From assembly GCF_009914755.1 (NCBI RefSeq), contig NC_060931.1: 64,000 bases of DNA. One strand, given 5' to 3'. Positions 45,611 through 61,612 of this stretch are shown in pieces (the stretch's first letter is position 1; each line of letters begins with the position of its first letter). Source of the stretch: the human T2T-CHM13v2.0 reference genome, Homo sapiens. Both the position numbers and the translations under genes were made by a program. A model generated the notes under the pieces. That model saw nothing but the letters and a program-made list of their open reading frames with translations. It was not told where the DNA came from and did no database searches.

Positions 45611-46764
45611 GGAGAATGAAATTTTCAAAACGTTCCCTAGATGATTTTGCTACACAGTAAGGGTTGATTCAATGCTACGCTGGCTCAGTTCATAAAATGT
45701 CTCTGTCTTTTCCCTTCAGTTTGAAACCTTCTTTCCTAACATCCAGGTCCTTTGTCTGCCAGCACCATATTTCAGTCTCTTGTAATTAGGAACCCAATAA
45801 CACCATGAACACTCACCAATGATGTCTTTTTTTCAACACACCAACCTTACCTCTCTGTTGGACAAAATGAAATCTAAAACACCAGGTCTCCTTTCTGAGC
45901 AAGGGAGTTATCAGTTGGATAATGGGAAAAATGACTGCCATTCCAGGTGGATAACTGGAAGAATCACTTCTTGTAGGAGAACGAAATGTGTAGTAGCTGC
46001 CGAGGAGGTGATGTCCTTTGGCCCTACCCTCTTATCTGTATGCAGAAATGGGTGTGTTCATATTATGTTTTGGGAAAGCATTTTAGATTCACTTCATCAG
46101 ATGAGCATCTTTTTGCTCCTAGGCTTACTGATTTCGATGTAGTTGAATAAGTTCTTATTTAACGTGAAGTTCTGTTTCTTTTTGTTAGACGTACTTCTTT
46201 TGAATAAAACATAGTTTTAAAAATTACTATTTCCATTCTAACTTCTCTCTTGCCAAGACCCAAGGATATCTGGGAGAATTTTTTTTTTTTTTTACCGTGA
46301 TGTGTTTATATGTTTGGACTACTTATTACCCATCTTTGCCATATTTTCTTATCTGTGGAGATGCTGAGACCTAATTTAGCTTATTTTCTGAAAAGCCAGT
46401 GTCAAATACCTGTGAGCAACACAGAAGAAATAGATCACCTACTCAGCAGCTTTAACTGTCTAGGACTCAGCTAATAACTGAAAAGTAAGCCACAAAGAGA
46501 CCCTGAAGACACAAAATAGATGTCATAAAATCCACACACTTTCCTCAGAGGCCAGCCCATCGGAGTCTCACTCACAGTCAGTTTCCTCTCACCTGGGACA
46601 CAGGTGTAACATCTTCACAGCTTGGTTAGATGCACCAAGTTAGAAGACAGAACAAAGATGGCCTTTACAGTCAGGTATATTGATAGCTATAAAAAGGGAC
46701 AACTGACAGGAGAGAAGAGAGAATCCTTTTCATCCTCACTTTATCCTATTAAAATCAAAATGAG

Positions 46765-47080
46765 CCTGGGCACGGTAGGTCATGCCTGTAATCCCAGTGC
46801 TTTGGGAGGCCGAGGAGGGAGGATTGCTTGAGCCTAAGAGTTCGAGACCAGCCTGGACAACATGGTGAAAGCCCGTCTCTACAAAAAATACAAAAATTTG
46901 CCTGGTGTGGTAGCACATGTGTATAGTCCCAGCTACGAGGGAGGCTGAGGAGGGAGGATCACTTGAGCCCAGGAGTTCAAGGCTACAGTGAGCTATGATG
47001 GTGCCACTGCACCCCTAGCATGGGCAACAGAGTGACACCCTGTCTCTAAAAAGAAAAAAAGAAAGAAAGAAAAATAAATA
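46765..47080 (+). mobile_element. AluJ
   Basis: ggaggattgcttgagcc, gagcccaggagttcaaggctacagtgagctatgat. Confidence 0.9.
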
Positions 47081-47141
47081 ATGGGCAACAGAGTGACACC
47101 CTGTCTCTAAAAAGAAAAAAAGAAAGAAAGAAAAATAAATA
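47020..47141. repeat. Perfect 61-bp tandem duplication of the Alu 3' end and tail
   Basis: 47020-47080 is identical to 47081-47141. Confidence 0.95.
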
Positions 47142-47957
47142 GAAAGATCTAGCAGCTATTTGTTTCTGGAGCACCCATGTAAAATCACTCTCAAGGAGCT
47201 CTAGAGGCATGACCACATTTGAGGTCAATGCAAAACAGTCATTGATGGTAATGCCTTTAAGCCACCAAGAAAAGGCCGAATGTTCCATGCAGTAATCTTT
47301 GAAAAAGGCAGAGAAGTGTGTAATATGGTTTAGAAAGGTCTCTATCAAATTGGGCGGAAATAAAAGTTTTGACTGTTTAAGTGAGTAAGGTGCAGTATCT
47401 CAAACCTTCACTGTCCTGGCATAGTGGCCTTGAGGACAGTTCTGGGGTAATGACAATTATGGAGGCAGAACCAGACCCTCTCTGCTATCTTCCATAACCA
47501 GCCCATTCCCCCTTTCTGGATGGGGGAGTGCCCTCCTCTAACTGCAGCCATTGCTGTGTGGGCCTCAGCTCCAGTCCGCCACTCCTTGTTCATGCAGCAC
47601 TTGCTACCCTTCTTCCTTGAAGCCTCTGCCACCTGCCACCCCATCTCCTCCTTGGACCTCCAAATCCAACAGACTCTGGTTATCTCTGGGTGGACTCTTC
47701 ACTCTCCAAATCCATCAGAGGCTCATCTCTTAATCCCATGAATCTGAAATAAAAAGTAGCAATGCATAAAGAAGTTCTACAGATGAAATGTTAATGACAC
47801 TTGGAATTTGTTTTAAAACAATCCAGCAGGAGTGGGGATAGGAAAGGTGTAGGCAAAACAAGATGGCTATTGACAACTGTCGGGTTTGGGTGATGGTGTC
47901 ATGGGGCACACTGCCTCTCTTTGTGTATATTTTTAAACATGTCCATTTAAAAAGGAG

Positions 47958-48290
47958 GTTGGCCACAGTGGCTTACACCTGTCATCCTAGCACTCTGGGA
48001 AGCCAAGGTGGGAGGATCATTTGAGGCCAGGAGTTCTTGACCAGCCTGAGCAATATAATGAGATCCCATCTCTACAAAAAATTTTTTTTAAATTAGCTGA
48101 GCATAGTGGTGGACCCCTGTAGTCCCAGCTACTTGGGAGGCTGAGAAAGAAGGATCGCTTGAGCCCAGGAGGTCGAGGCTGCAGGGAGCCATGTTGTGCT
48201 ACTGCACTCCAGCCTGGGTGAGAGAGTGAGACTCTATCTTTAAAACAATGAAAATTAAAAATTAAAAAAATTTAAAATTTTTTAAAAAGT
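47958..48290 (+). mobile_element. AluJ
   Basis: ggatcgcttgagcccaggaggtcgaggctgca. Confidence 0.88.
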
Positions 48291-48714
48291 TACAAGGACG
48301 ATATAGGATGTCATAACGCCTAATCAATTCTCATATCTTCATGGGTTTCTGGACAGAGAATGTACCTTCACTTTACCATTAGCCTAAGATCACTCAAAAC
48401 ATCTGGAAGTTATTATTTTAAAAAGAATCTCAGAAGTATGCCTGCCTCTCACTGTTAAATATACGTGATGGTGCAGATTATTCAGAGCAGTGTTAAGGCA
48501 TCAACATAAGTGCAGCCCCATGGAGTCAGGGACAGAGGTCAAGGTGAAGTGTTTCTTTACCTTTGAAGACTTCTGGCACCCAGGCTTACACCTACACTTC
48601 AGCTCGGCAATCCGGATGTCAGGGAAGTGAGAGGCGAAGTTTGAACCCATGTGAACTGTACATTTTGGGACTTGAGTATTCAGGAACTTGGCTCTCTTTG
48701 ATGAGAAATTACTT

Positions 48715-48842
48715 CCCTCCTCCATCGGCTCAGCTTTTCTTCTTCCACCTTCCCTTTCCTCCCTCTCTCCCTCCTCTTTCCCCTTCCTCTCTTCTTCCTC
48801 TTTCCCTTCCTCTCTTCCTCCTTCCTTTCTTCCTTCCTTCTT
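48715..48842. repeat. Polypyrimidine (CT-rich) low-complexity tract
   Basis: cttcc/ctcc repeats. Confidence 0.85.
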
Positions 48843-51800
48843 TTAAGTCATCACCACCACCAGCACTACAAAAACCTATAGCATGTTCATGTCAGAACTT
48901 CTAAAGAGTTGTTGTAAAGATTAAGATACAAGTGGGGAAGAAAGAAATTTAAATTCATTAGAATAATTTTGATCATCATAATTAAAACAATTTTTCTTTA
49001 TTATGGACACGTTCAAGCATATAAACATCTGACTAATCCAATGAACCCCTTGTACTAATCACTCACCTTCAGTAAAGTTGGCCAATCTCTATTTCATCCT
49101 TTCATCTTTCTCCCCAATCATGTCCACCCTCCTCCTGACCCCACCTGAGATTACTTCAAAACAAATCCAAGGCATCATATTGTTTCATCTGTAAATAATT
49201 CAGCAGTATTTATAAGAGATAATCTCTCTTATTTTAAACATAATCACAATACTATCATATCTAAAAAAAATAATTTGTTAATATTATAAAATATTCAGTC
49301 AGTTCTCAAATTTCCCTGATTATCTCCTTTTTATTCTTGGTTTGTTCAAATGAGGACCCAAATAAGACGCACTCATTGCATGCTGCTGAAATAGCTCTTG
49401 TCGCTCATAGTCTGTAGGCTTCCTTGCCCTCCTGTTTTCTTGCCGTTTATTTATTGAAGAAACTGAGCTATTTGTTTTGCAGAATTTTTACCATTCTGCA
49501 TTTTGCTGATTGCATCTTCATGGTATCATTTAACATGCTCTTGTAATTCCTGTAATTACCTAGAATTCCTGTAATTACCTGTAATTCCTATCAGCTGATA
49601 GTTATACCTAGAAGCTTGTCATTATTAGTAGCAATATCAAAAACTTCACTTTTGAGACTGGCAATTTCTACGTCTGACGTCTTACCACAGTGAACAAGGC
49701 AGCATCCCAAATTCTTCTGAGTCAATAAGAAAAGGGTAACTCTTGCAGTAATGCCAAGTTCAGTTTCTGTTCACTTTGCAAAAAATGTATGCCCACTACT
49801 AGACCCATGACTGTCAACTAGAATGTGCTGGGCCTCCTCTCCTGTCTGTGCATGGGAATGGGCACAACCAGGTGGAAAGAACATGAACTTGGGAGTCAGA
49901 TAGCTCTAGATGTGAATTCTGACTTCAGGTTTTATGAAGTACATAGCTTGTCTAGTGAATTCATATCTCCACTTCTCAGATTCCTTGTATACAAGGATAA
50001 TGTCTGTCTTACCAGGCTGCCAAGATGTACCTGACATGTAGTATGTGTTCAATAATTGTTTCTTTTCCAGCTTAGGTTAAAAATGGGAATTTTCAAGAAA
50101 CCACAAACCCACAGAGTTTGTTTAGATCCAAACACAGATATGGCATTTACCAGCCTCATAAACAATAGAGGAGGCTTTCAGGCAAGCCCCAAGAAAGCAT
50201 GTTCAGAAAGGGGAAGGAACGTGGGGACAGGAACTATTGCTCCCCTTCTCTCTTTGTACTCAGAAAATCCAGGAAATTCTTCCTCAAGAAAGCATGACCC
50301 ATTTCAGCCTAAAAGCGTGCTTTTCTCTGGACTGTGCTGGCTTGAGAACATATTTCTTTTACCAAAAAATGAGTTCACAGTAAGTGACTCAGAAGCATAT
50401 GGATGAAATTTCCTTTAAGCCACTCAAGGGATTAGAAATTAAGGGAAAGAGTGCCTGGCAAAATGCATTTGGGGTTTTGCCAAGCCCAAACCAACTGAGA
50501 AATAGTTAAGACACAAGGCAGATCTCAAATGCTGCCAAGTTTACCCATCTTAGCAGGACAGGGATTTATAATTAGAGCTGCTCAGAAAAGCACTGCCTTA
50601 CGGGTGGCAAAGGACAAAAAAGGCTTTGTCCCCAACATCTCCACAGGCTGCGGTTTCCCAGATGGGCCCTTAACAGTGTACACACCCTCTCCATTGCCAG
50701 GGTCCTCAAAGCCACCGCCTCTACCAAGCAAGGTTCGACTTCTACACCACGCCCCTGACATTCTCTCCAGGCCTCTTTTGTTTCTGGCCCAGGCTGGATG
50801 CATCACACTGTGAATTCCTGGATGAGGAAGAACAAATCTTGCGGAGTGTTCTGGAATTACAGAGGAGAGCCATAATGGGAAAATGTGACAAAGCAATTCC
50901 CTTCTCTGACATACACATTTTACCCCTGTCTCTCACCTTTGTCATGTTTCCCCATTTTTTCACCTTCTGTGGGTTTCTTTTTCTGTAAAATGAAGGGATT
51001 GGATCTGCTGGTTTCAAACTGTGCTACCTGGAGCCACTTGGGGGCCTGGCGGGGCCCAGTGGAAGTGGATGGGGAGATGGTGAGAAGGGCTCTCTTCAAA
51101 AAAAGCAGGAGGGGGCTCCAACATAGCATTTCAAGGAAATCAAGGGATCCAAAGTTAAACAATTTGAAAATCACAAGTCTGGACGAAGTCTCATTGTTCT
51201 TTCCAACTGAACACTGCCGGTGTGGTGTGCCTCACTTCTCAGTCTCCATTCACTAACCCAAATATCCCCAAAGATGTGCACCAATTTTTCTGTCTAGCAT
51301 TCATCAGAGTGCTCCTGTGTGCCAGGCCCTCTGCTAAGCACTGGGCGTACAGCAGTGAACAGAAACCCCAGGGGGCTCATAGACCAGTTGGGAAGATTGG
51401 CATTAAACAAATGAATATGTAAATCCAAATCAAGAGGTATGAACACCATGAAAGACAAAATCATGGTTGAAAGTTGAGTGGGCCTGGGGTTGGAGAGATA
51501 CTGCCCTAAGCATCTCCCCTCCCCACCTGGCTTGCCACTTGCCCCTTTATAGAATAACTAATCGTTGTTCAGTCTTTGATAGTTTCCACTGAAAACATCC
51601 CTCTTCTACCTGACAGAGGAGGGTCAAGACACCCAGAGCACAAAGGAGCTGATGGGTTTAGTTAGCTGTTACTGCGGAAAGCCAAGAGGATGAGCTTGAG
51701 AGAACAGACTGAGGGCTTTAGATGGGTGAATGTGAGAAAGTCTACAGTGCTTGCTGTGCTGAGGAAAAAATCCAGGTGGATCACCTGGAGGTGACCCAAA

Positions 51801-52389
51801 GTGCCAATGAAGTGCATGTCAATGGCCCTCTTCACATACTTCACTACTGTATCTGGAGCTCTCCTGAACATCTTTCTCCTATTCCTCACTGAGTTTTGCT
51901 AGACATGGCAAATGTTAACTCATTACCAACTCTTAATTGTATTGCTGTTTCTTTGCCCCTGTCTAGCTCTTTCTATTTGTACATTTTGTAAAGAGAAAAG
52001 GAATTTAAAAAATAAAACCAAAACAATCTCTGGAGACATTTCTGTGGTTTCCGCTATAGGTAAGGGGCAAACTCACCGTTTCTGGCCTGCAGCGTGTCTG
52101 GCCTCTTACCTGGGAGGGAGATGGGGGAGCTAAGCAGAGGGAGACTGGCTTGGCTGCTTGAACAGTGAAGACTCCTGTGGGGCACTAGATGGCAACATTT
52201 CTCCAAATCTAAACTTGGCAAGGCCCTGTGGACACAAGGTCAACAGTGCACAGTTGCTAATCCCAACACATTTTATGAAACTCAAGCTTGTGTGGAGGAG
52301 AAGACTGAAGCTAGATCTGGTGGACGAGAGGTCCTAACAGTCTCTCTCTCAGAGCTCGGCCCATAGTAAGAGGCTAGTGGTGCTATTTC

Positions 52390-52465
52390 TACCACTACCA
52401 CCAACACCACTGCTACAACCATGGCCATCGTCACCACCACCACTATCACCACCACCACTACCACA
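52390..52465. repeat. Imperfect (CAC)n tract
   Basis: accactaccaccaacaccac...caccaccacta. Confidence 0.85.
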
Positions 52466-53397
52466 ATTGACTCACTCATGTGGGTATTGTTTTCATTGGT
52501 GCTGAAAATTAAACCCTCATTCAGACTAATTCTGGGAGGAGAGATCTAGTTAGCGATATACATCCTTTCAATGTTTTTTCAAATATATGCTACAGCTAGA
52601 TTAACAAACTGCTGCCCAGTATAGAAACTCAGGAGAATTGCTTTAATGAATAGATAAGAATGGTTTGTATCCGCATATCACTGCTTTTGGTAGATAAGTA
52701 GTTGCTTCTTATCTACTTAAGCAATATTTGAAAATAGTATTGTTCTATGTGAACTGAAAATCTACTCCGGAGTTGTGTTTGCATTGTCAATTGATTTAGC
52801 ATGCGCTTTCTGCTTAGTAACCAGCCCCACTCCCAGGCCCTGCCCTTTTAATTAGTCACCTGTCATCATATTGAAGTGTTCCTCTTGAGGCACCAGTGAC
52901 CCATGGAGAGTCAAAACCTGGCACTTGACACAGAAACAAACATTTGCTGAACTTATGTAATCGGGCTGGTCAGATGAACTGTTTCTTGGTGATCATGAAT
53001 TGAACTTACGTGAAAGAACAGGAATCAAGGTGGTCAAGAGGGTGGGAATGTCAAGGGGAAGAGGGCCACCAAGCAGAGTTATAGGACCCAAATTTGACTG
53101 CTGGCCACTTCTGTAGATGCCTTAAAGCCCCAGTGCTCCATAGCTGCCACTTGACAGAGGTAGATTTTTTTGCATAGTTGCATTCATGTACTCAATCAAC
53201 AGATAACAATTAACTTCTGACATGTGTCCAGCATGCTTTCAGGCTCTAGGAATACAGCACTGCACAAGGTACCTGCCCTTATAAGGCTTACATGCTGGTG
53301 GAGGAAAGAAACAGAAACAAATAAACAAATTAATAAATATAACTTAGGTTTGATAATACAAAAAGTAAAGCAGGATTCAGGCACAGTGACAAGTAAT

Positions 53398-53398
<1 letters not shown>

Positions 53399-53444
<46 letters not shown>
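53399..53444. repeat. (GT)n microsatellite within an L2 fragment
   Basis: About 23 perfect GT units. Confidence 0.97.
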
Positions 53445-53446
<2 letters not shown>

Positions 53447-53669
53447 TTTGATTAGTTAGATTCATTAGGGAAGGCTGCTTGGAAGAGATGACATTTGAAC
53501 AGACAGACTCGAATGAGATGAGGGGGTGAGTCACGTAAGAGTCCCTCAGCTAAAACTAAACCACGTATCACCATTATAGTGAACTGACCTAAGTCAACTT
53601 GGTCATGATGCACCACTCTTAAGTTCTTTTTAGTTGAAAATCATTGTTGAAAGATTGAGATAAATAATT

Positions 53670-53958
53670 TCTATGGTTTGAATGTATGTATGTGTGCCTC
53701 CAAAATTTGTAAGTTAAAATTTACACTCCAAGGTGATGGTATTAAGAGGTGGGCCTTTGGGGAAGTGATTAAGTCCTGATGGCTCCACCCTTGTGAACTG
53801 AATTAATGCCCTTATAAAAGAGGCTTCAGAGAGCTGCTGACCCATCCTCCATCCCTTCCACCATGTGAGCACAGAGGAAGAGGCACCATCTTGGAAACAT
53901 AGATCAGCCTTCTCCAGGTACTGAATCTGCTGGTGCCTTAATCTTGGACTTCCCAGCC
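53670..53958 (+). mobile_element. MaLR LTR (MSTD/MLT1A-like), 3'-truncated
   Basis: tatggtttgaatgt...ggtgatggtattaagaggtgggcctttgg...atcttggacttcccagcc. Confidence 0.8.
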
Positions 53959-53999
53959 ACTTAGGTTCTCTGGAAGCAGATACTGAGACAGATACTAAG

Positions 54000-54216
<217 letters not shown>

Positions 54217-54617
54217 CTAGTTCTGCTTTTAAAAAAAAACTCAAAATAATTGAATATCACAAAGAGTACAGACCATCTTTAAACTTCATTTATACTCTTT
54301 ACACTTATTTTCTCTTGCTAGTTTATCAAAAGTACGACATGATTAGGAGTTTATTTCCATGTTGATGGAGCTTTATAATCTACAAATTGAAGGGAATTAT
54401 TAATGGTAAATAACTGCTCTGAGTTTTTTTGTTTGTTTGTTTTTACTGGTCTGTTTGAATTCTCTTCTGTTAGCAGAATTTAAGTTCAATAAAGTTTAAG
54501 GTAAGTTAAAAAAAAGAAAAAGGGAAGGAATCTAGATTGGGCAGAGGGAAAAGTTGAACCATAATGCACATCCAACAAAGCCTCAACCAACCCAATGTTG
54601 AGTTTTAGAGTGAATAT

Positions 54618-55015
54618 TGTAATGAGAAAAACCTTCCCCCAAACTGGGAGGGAGTGGAGAGACCAAAAAATGACTTAAACAAGTCCAGCCTAGCAAATAA
54701 ATGAGTTTATTAGGACTTACATACAAGGAACTCTTGGACAGCAGCAGGACAGCTTTAGAGATCCACCCTGCCCCCCATCCCTAAGCTGCTTTTAAGCTAA
54801 TTTTCTGGCTCTTTGCTCTGTGTGTGTGTGTGTGTGTGTGTGTGATGGGATTGCTTTCCCTGGTAGGTTTGCAGATACTCTCTGGGATGTTTGGTTTCTC
54901 AGGGATACCTGCTCCTCAGCTGGGTACCATGGGCTTGGCTCATGGCCTGGCCTTCGGGGTTCAGGAAGCAGACACACATCCCTCAGCAACCTGGCAGGGG
55001 ACACATCACACTACA
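54618..55015 (-). mobile_element. ERVL solo LTR (LTR47-like) with internal (TG)n, nested in an LTR16-like element
   Basis: TG...CA termini and perfect 5-bp TSD aatat (54613-54617, 55016-55020); aataaa on the minus strand. Confidence 0.8.
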
Positions 55016-55244
55016 AATATTAGCCATCAGGGTTATCTTGCACTGGGTCAAATAGCTGCGTCTTTATCCCTGACCTGGCTCAGGCAGCAGATAAGGGCTG
55101 TGGGTGAGGAGGCTCTCTGCATCTGAAGCAGACCCCGAAGGAGCAGGCAGCTGCAGCTGTCCCCTGATGGTACTCCCCACAGCTGGGTAGCAAGTCCTTC
55201 CTTGAAGGAGGACTCTGGGCCACACATTTATGTATCTACCACAC

Positions 55245-55796
55245 TGTCAGAGGTGTTTGAATCAGAGCAACTCCATCTTGAATAGGGACTGGGTAAAATA
55301 AGGCTAAGACCTACTGGGCTGCATTCCCAGATGGTTAAGGCATTCTAAGTCATGGGATGAGATAGGAGGTCAGCACAAGATACAGGTCATAAAGACCTTG
55401 CTGATAAAACAGGTTGCAGTAAAGGAGCCAGTCAAAACTCCCCAAAACCAAGATGGTGACAAGAGTGATCTCTGGTCATCCTCACTGCTACAGTCCCACC
55501 AGCACCATGACAGTTTACAAATGCCATGGCAATGTCAGGCAGTTACCCTATAAGGTCTGAAAATGGGAGACATGAATAGTCCACCCCTTGTTTTCATATA
55601 ATCAAGAAATAACCATAAAAATGGGCAACTGGCAGCTCTTGGGGCTGCTCTGCCTATGGAGTAGCCATTCTTTTATTCCTTTACTTTCTTAATAAACATC
55701 CTTTCACTTTACTGTATGGATTCACCTGAAATTCTTTCTTGTGCAAGATCCAAGAACCCTCTCTTGGGGTCTGGATTGGGACCCCTTTCCATTGCA
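55245..55796 (+). mobile_element. MER41A solo LTR (ERV1)
   Basis: tgtcagaggtgtttgaatcagagcaactccatcttg start; gatccaagaaccctctcttggggtctgga end; lacks the GAS-containing block. Confidence 0.9.
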
Positions 55797-56683
55797 GTGG
55801 AGAATGTAACATCTAAAATACGTTGGCCCATCCACACATCTTGAATACCTTTAATTTCACAAAGGAGAGTCCACTTCTAATATTCATTGTACTTATTAAC
55901 GATGAACTAATTTAAACAATAAAAATCCATTTCTGACATTCACTATACTAATTAACAAAGCCTCAGGTATTCAGGGAGACATCGATCAAAGAAGCACTTA
56001 AAGTGGCTGCCTCTGGAATGTGTCCTTTCTGATAAAATACTAGCTCACTACCCTGGAGTAGAATTTTCCATTAGAGCAACTGACTGCCCTTAGAGTAAAA
56101 GCAGAAACGAACCAGCACACACATAATATCCCTGTCTCTACCTCACTGGAGTATTTAAAGTAAATTGGAGACGTCTAAACGGCTCTCATTTAGATATGCT
56201 TGTCTTTGGGGTCTTAGATGCTTACTCTCTGATCTTGTCCAATCATGCTGTCTTATGGATTATTTGGTTGCAAGGGACAGAAACATACCTGGACTAGTTG
56301 GAGTTTAATGGGGGTTACTGTATGGATCCAAGGATTTGACAGGCAACCTCCAGATACCAAGGTTGACAATGAAGGCTCAGAGTGGAACGAGGATGTTGGG
56401 ATCCCAAACGTTCCCTGCCTCTCTCATGAGGCCACAGTCTTCTCTTCTCTCTGCTTGTCTGTGTGTCTGCTCCTGTCTTCCTCTTCTCTCTGCCTTTTCC
56501 ATTTCCTCATTGGCACACTTCTCCACTCCTGAGTCTATATAACCATTGAGTTGGAGCACTCTTCATCACTGAAACATCACCATGTCTCTTAGGTCAATGT
56601 CTTGAAAGAGAAAAAAAACAAAGAGAAAGTGTGACAGGCACAGCACTGCCCATGGCCTGAGGTCTTTTGGGTTAGAGTGTTCA

Positions 56684-57067
<384 letters not shown>

Positions 57068-59229
57068 TTACCCCAGAAAAGGATGAAGATAGGGAGGCTG
57101 TAATCACCATCACGCAGCAGTCCTACTTACTGGGAGTACAGCATCTTTCTAGAAAATTCCTTGATTTGCACAGGTACACACATGTACACCATGCATAGTC
57201 AAACCAACCTAAGAATTACTCCGAAGGCTATATATTTAAATTATGATTTTTAAACTTATGATATTCAAATGTACACATAAGGTGGTTTCCTAGACTCAGC
57301 TCATAAAGAAATGTCTTCTTGTTATCTCTCTCTGAGACTCCCTTTGCTACAAATACCACCTTCTCGGTTGTAATTCAAGGAGGTCGGAATTGACTTTCCT
57401 GGTCATGGCCACTTCCACCAATCTGGGTACCACCCAATAGCCATGGCTAGAATGGCACAGTCCATCCCTCATAGACATTGTCAAAGGCTGTGAGTCAAGT
57501 AACTCATGACCAAATCTAGTCTACAGTGAATTCTCCAAGGAAACTCCGGCCTCTATCCCAACTGTAGCAACTGGACCACAGCATAGGCTATCAGCCCAGG
57601 GATTTGATTCATGAAAGCAAAGCTGTCCTCCAGCCTGAGTACATAGAAACCTCATATTGTTCTCAATGTTTCCTGTCACGCTTGTTTGCATCACTTACAA
57701 TTTCCCAGGGACACTGGTGTGTCAACTAATCTTATCAGCCAGGCATCTGTAAGCAGGCATGGCAATAAAGCAAACAGAGCCCTGTGTCCAGTTTGTAGGA
57801 GCCGGTCCCTTCTGCCCAGGGCAGCGACAGGACTCTGTCCAGGCCTGGGGGAGGCTCTCTCCTGTCCATGGAGTCCTTTCCCTCTGGCTTCCTATCCCTT
57901 TAACAGGGGCAAAGCCTTTATCCCCAGTCAGAGGAAATGCAGAAACTGGAGATGCCTCAGGCAGATAGGATTTTGCCTAATGAAAAACCTCAGAAATGCT
58001 TGAAGAGAAAAGTCTTGTTGCTCCTACTCAGACCCCACCCCCCACCTTGTTAGGGGTAGGAACAAGCAAGACCTGAGTGCCCTGGGCAAGTATCCTTAGG
58101 CCAGTAGTACTGCCCCTGCCCCATGGCTGGCCCCATTGACAAATAAGTCCCAGACATTTTTGCCCTGTTCATGGCCTCCACCCAAACCCAAACTCACCCC
58201 ACTCTCCATTTTCTCTCCTATTTCCAGTTGGTGCTGAACCCCAGTTACCTGTTACTAAGAGCCTCATTCTTCTCCTTCAGCTCTGTAGGTCTCTCCAGCT
58301 CTCACTCTGCTGTTTCCCCTTAATTCAGATTTACAGTCTCCCTTTGGGTCCTGTACTTCTCTTCTTCCCCAATCCTGACCTGCTCCTGGAACCCTAACTC
58401 TAAGATGGGACTCTGTGGCTGGCAAACCCCCCCAGGTCTCCCACAGACCCTCAGATCAGGAGCCTCTGAAACACAGAAAAGTAAATTGGAGTGGAATTCG
58501 TGCTACACCATGGTGAAGAAGAGGAACTCTAGCAAAATCTGTAAGCAGCATATTTTCTTGTCTCCATGGAGCACCCTAAGTGCAGAACCAGAATGCTCTG
58601 AAATGAGAGTTTGACAGTAGTGCTTTCTAATCTCCTCTCACTCAGGTAGACTGGAAAAATGAAACGTTTCTGTACTTGGCCTGACAGGGCTCCCTGGGGA
58701 CATCAGAGGCAGCCCCCAGTTGATGAGACAAACATGGTGGGCGTGGACTGTAGGTTCCTGGTTTGGCCCTTCTACTGAAGTGGGAGAGCTGGAAAGTCCA
58801 CCATTTGCACCACTTGGGTTCCAGGTGTGAGTATCTCCGTAATACTCGGGCACGATAATGTCACCTAGAACTGGCTTGAGCCCTTTCCTGCAAGACAGGT
58901 GAAACATTTACACTCTTGCTGCTCACCCCACCTCCCCGATCATCAGCCATTTTCCTTAGGGGTCCTCTCGCCTCAGAGGCACTGGTCAGGGCTGATTTAG
59001 GAGTCTGCCTTCACGATCCCCCTTCCCAGGCCTTTCCCTAGAAATCCCCTGGGGGTTGGGGCTTTTTTATTCTCCCCAAACAAAGCCCCTAAAAGAGACC
59101 CCTGAGCTTAAAACACCAAAGATCCTTTCCCCCATCTCTGACAGCCAAGAGCACCCAGGCCCCATTCCTTCCTGATGACCAAACCCCTCCCACCTGCTCA
59201 GTGATTGACAGTGGGATTTCTTGTTATAG

Positions 59230-59733
<504 letters not shown>

Positions 59734-59859
59734 TATTTATCTATTTTAAATTTATTCTTAATTGACAAAATTTGGTATGTATTTATTGTGTACAATATAG
59801 ACAAATGTGCTATTTATGTATGTAAGTGCTCTGAATAGTGCAATAATTGAGGACAGAGG

Positions 59860-60110
59860 GGCTGCCAGAATCCAGACTGGAGCCAGATTGCCTGGGATTG
59901 AATCCTGTCTCTATCACTTCCTAGATTTGTAAACTTAGGCAAGTTACTGAACTTCTCTGTGCCTCAGTTTCCCCACCTGTAAAATGGGGGATGTAGATAT
60001 TAGTACAACTGTCTCACAGTGTTGTTGTGAGGATTAAAGAGTTATTCTATATTAAGCACGTAGAACAGTATCTGGCAATGGAAAGCACTGTATAAATCCT
60101 TGCTCTTACT
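59860..60110 (+). mobile_element. MIR
   Basis: ggcaagttactgaacttctctgtgcctcagtttccccacctgtaaaatgggg core. Confidence 0.85.
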
Positions 60111-61307
60111 ATAGATAGCTGTGATACAATATTTCTGTTTCTGTCACTATATACTTGGTCATCATAGTTTGTATTATAAGTGGGGAGCAAGTCTAATTTA
60201 TAGTTTATTTATAATGAATGCCCAGCTACTTCCAAAAGATATTTAAAGTAGTTGAACAATGACAGTCACTGGAAAATTCATCAATTAGGGTCTTATTTGT
60301 AGTTCTTTTATAGAAGATTATAATTTTTTATCTCAAGGGAAAAACTGCCCTTTTTGTTTGTATGTTTACACTTGTGGGGTAGTGGAAAGCATCTTAAACC
60401 ATAAACAAGGAGACCTTGATTATAATAATGAGAATGCTGGAGGCGCCCTGTAACTTTTTGTGGAATGTGAGAATACCGTTTTGAGCACCTACCATGTGCC
60501 AGGACTCACTACTTCACCCAGATGATCCTCTTTGATTCTCACAATCTGTTCTGCAATGGAGAAGCACTCTTGCCCCCACTTTTCGATGAGGAAGCAGGAT
60601 CAGGGAGCTTAAGTAACCTGCCCAGAGTCACAAAGCAAGTGCTTGGAGGAGCGGGGTTCAAGGCCAAGTCCAATGCCAAAGTCCACATGCTTCCTGCTCT
60701 GCAACTGCCTACCCTATGATTGGACAAAACTCTGGACCACCTCCTCCAGACCACCTAAGCCTCAGGTTCTGTGGAGTAAAAATGAGAGTAACTGGTACCT
60801 TCTGACGCTTCACATCTGGATGAGGAAAGATAAGCCCCATTGCCCAGATAGCAAGCAATTTAACCTGGATACCAAGCCTTTTCAGCACGGAATTCATATC
60901 CATTTTTGACAGGCAATAGAGGCTATAAACAATGAGCCTGACCTTAATTCAAATGCTAACTGATTATGTTTGACAAAAAACAATGTAAACAGGGCTTTAA
61001 TTGATTCATGTGCTTACAACTGGTGTTTCGTTTATTATTGTCTTCTCTGTAATAGCCTCCATCTGGGATTTAGGAACTGGGTTGCTAGGCAGAATCTCTG
61101 CCACCAGTTTGAGTTCAGAGCCAACATGCCTTCGTTGATTCATTCATTTATTTAACAAGTTAATGGCACTGTGGCTTGCACTGGGCTACAGTCATGCACA
61201 AAACACATATGGTCCCTGCCCTCACAGAGCTCACAATCTGATGGGCTATAAACAGATAACTTCATGAAGAAATACACAGTAAAAACATGTGGTACAAATC
61301 ATGACTA

Positions 61308-61612
<305 letters not shown>

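Noticed and set aside
52282-52479. Valine-rich, transmembrane-looking ORF
   Set aside because: Translation of the (CAC)n tract
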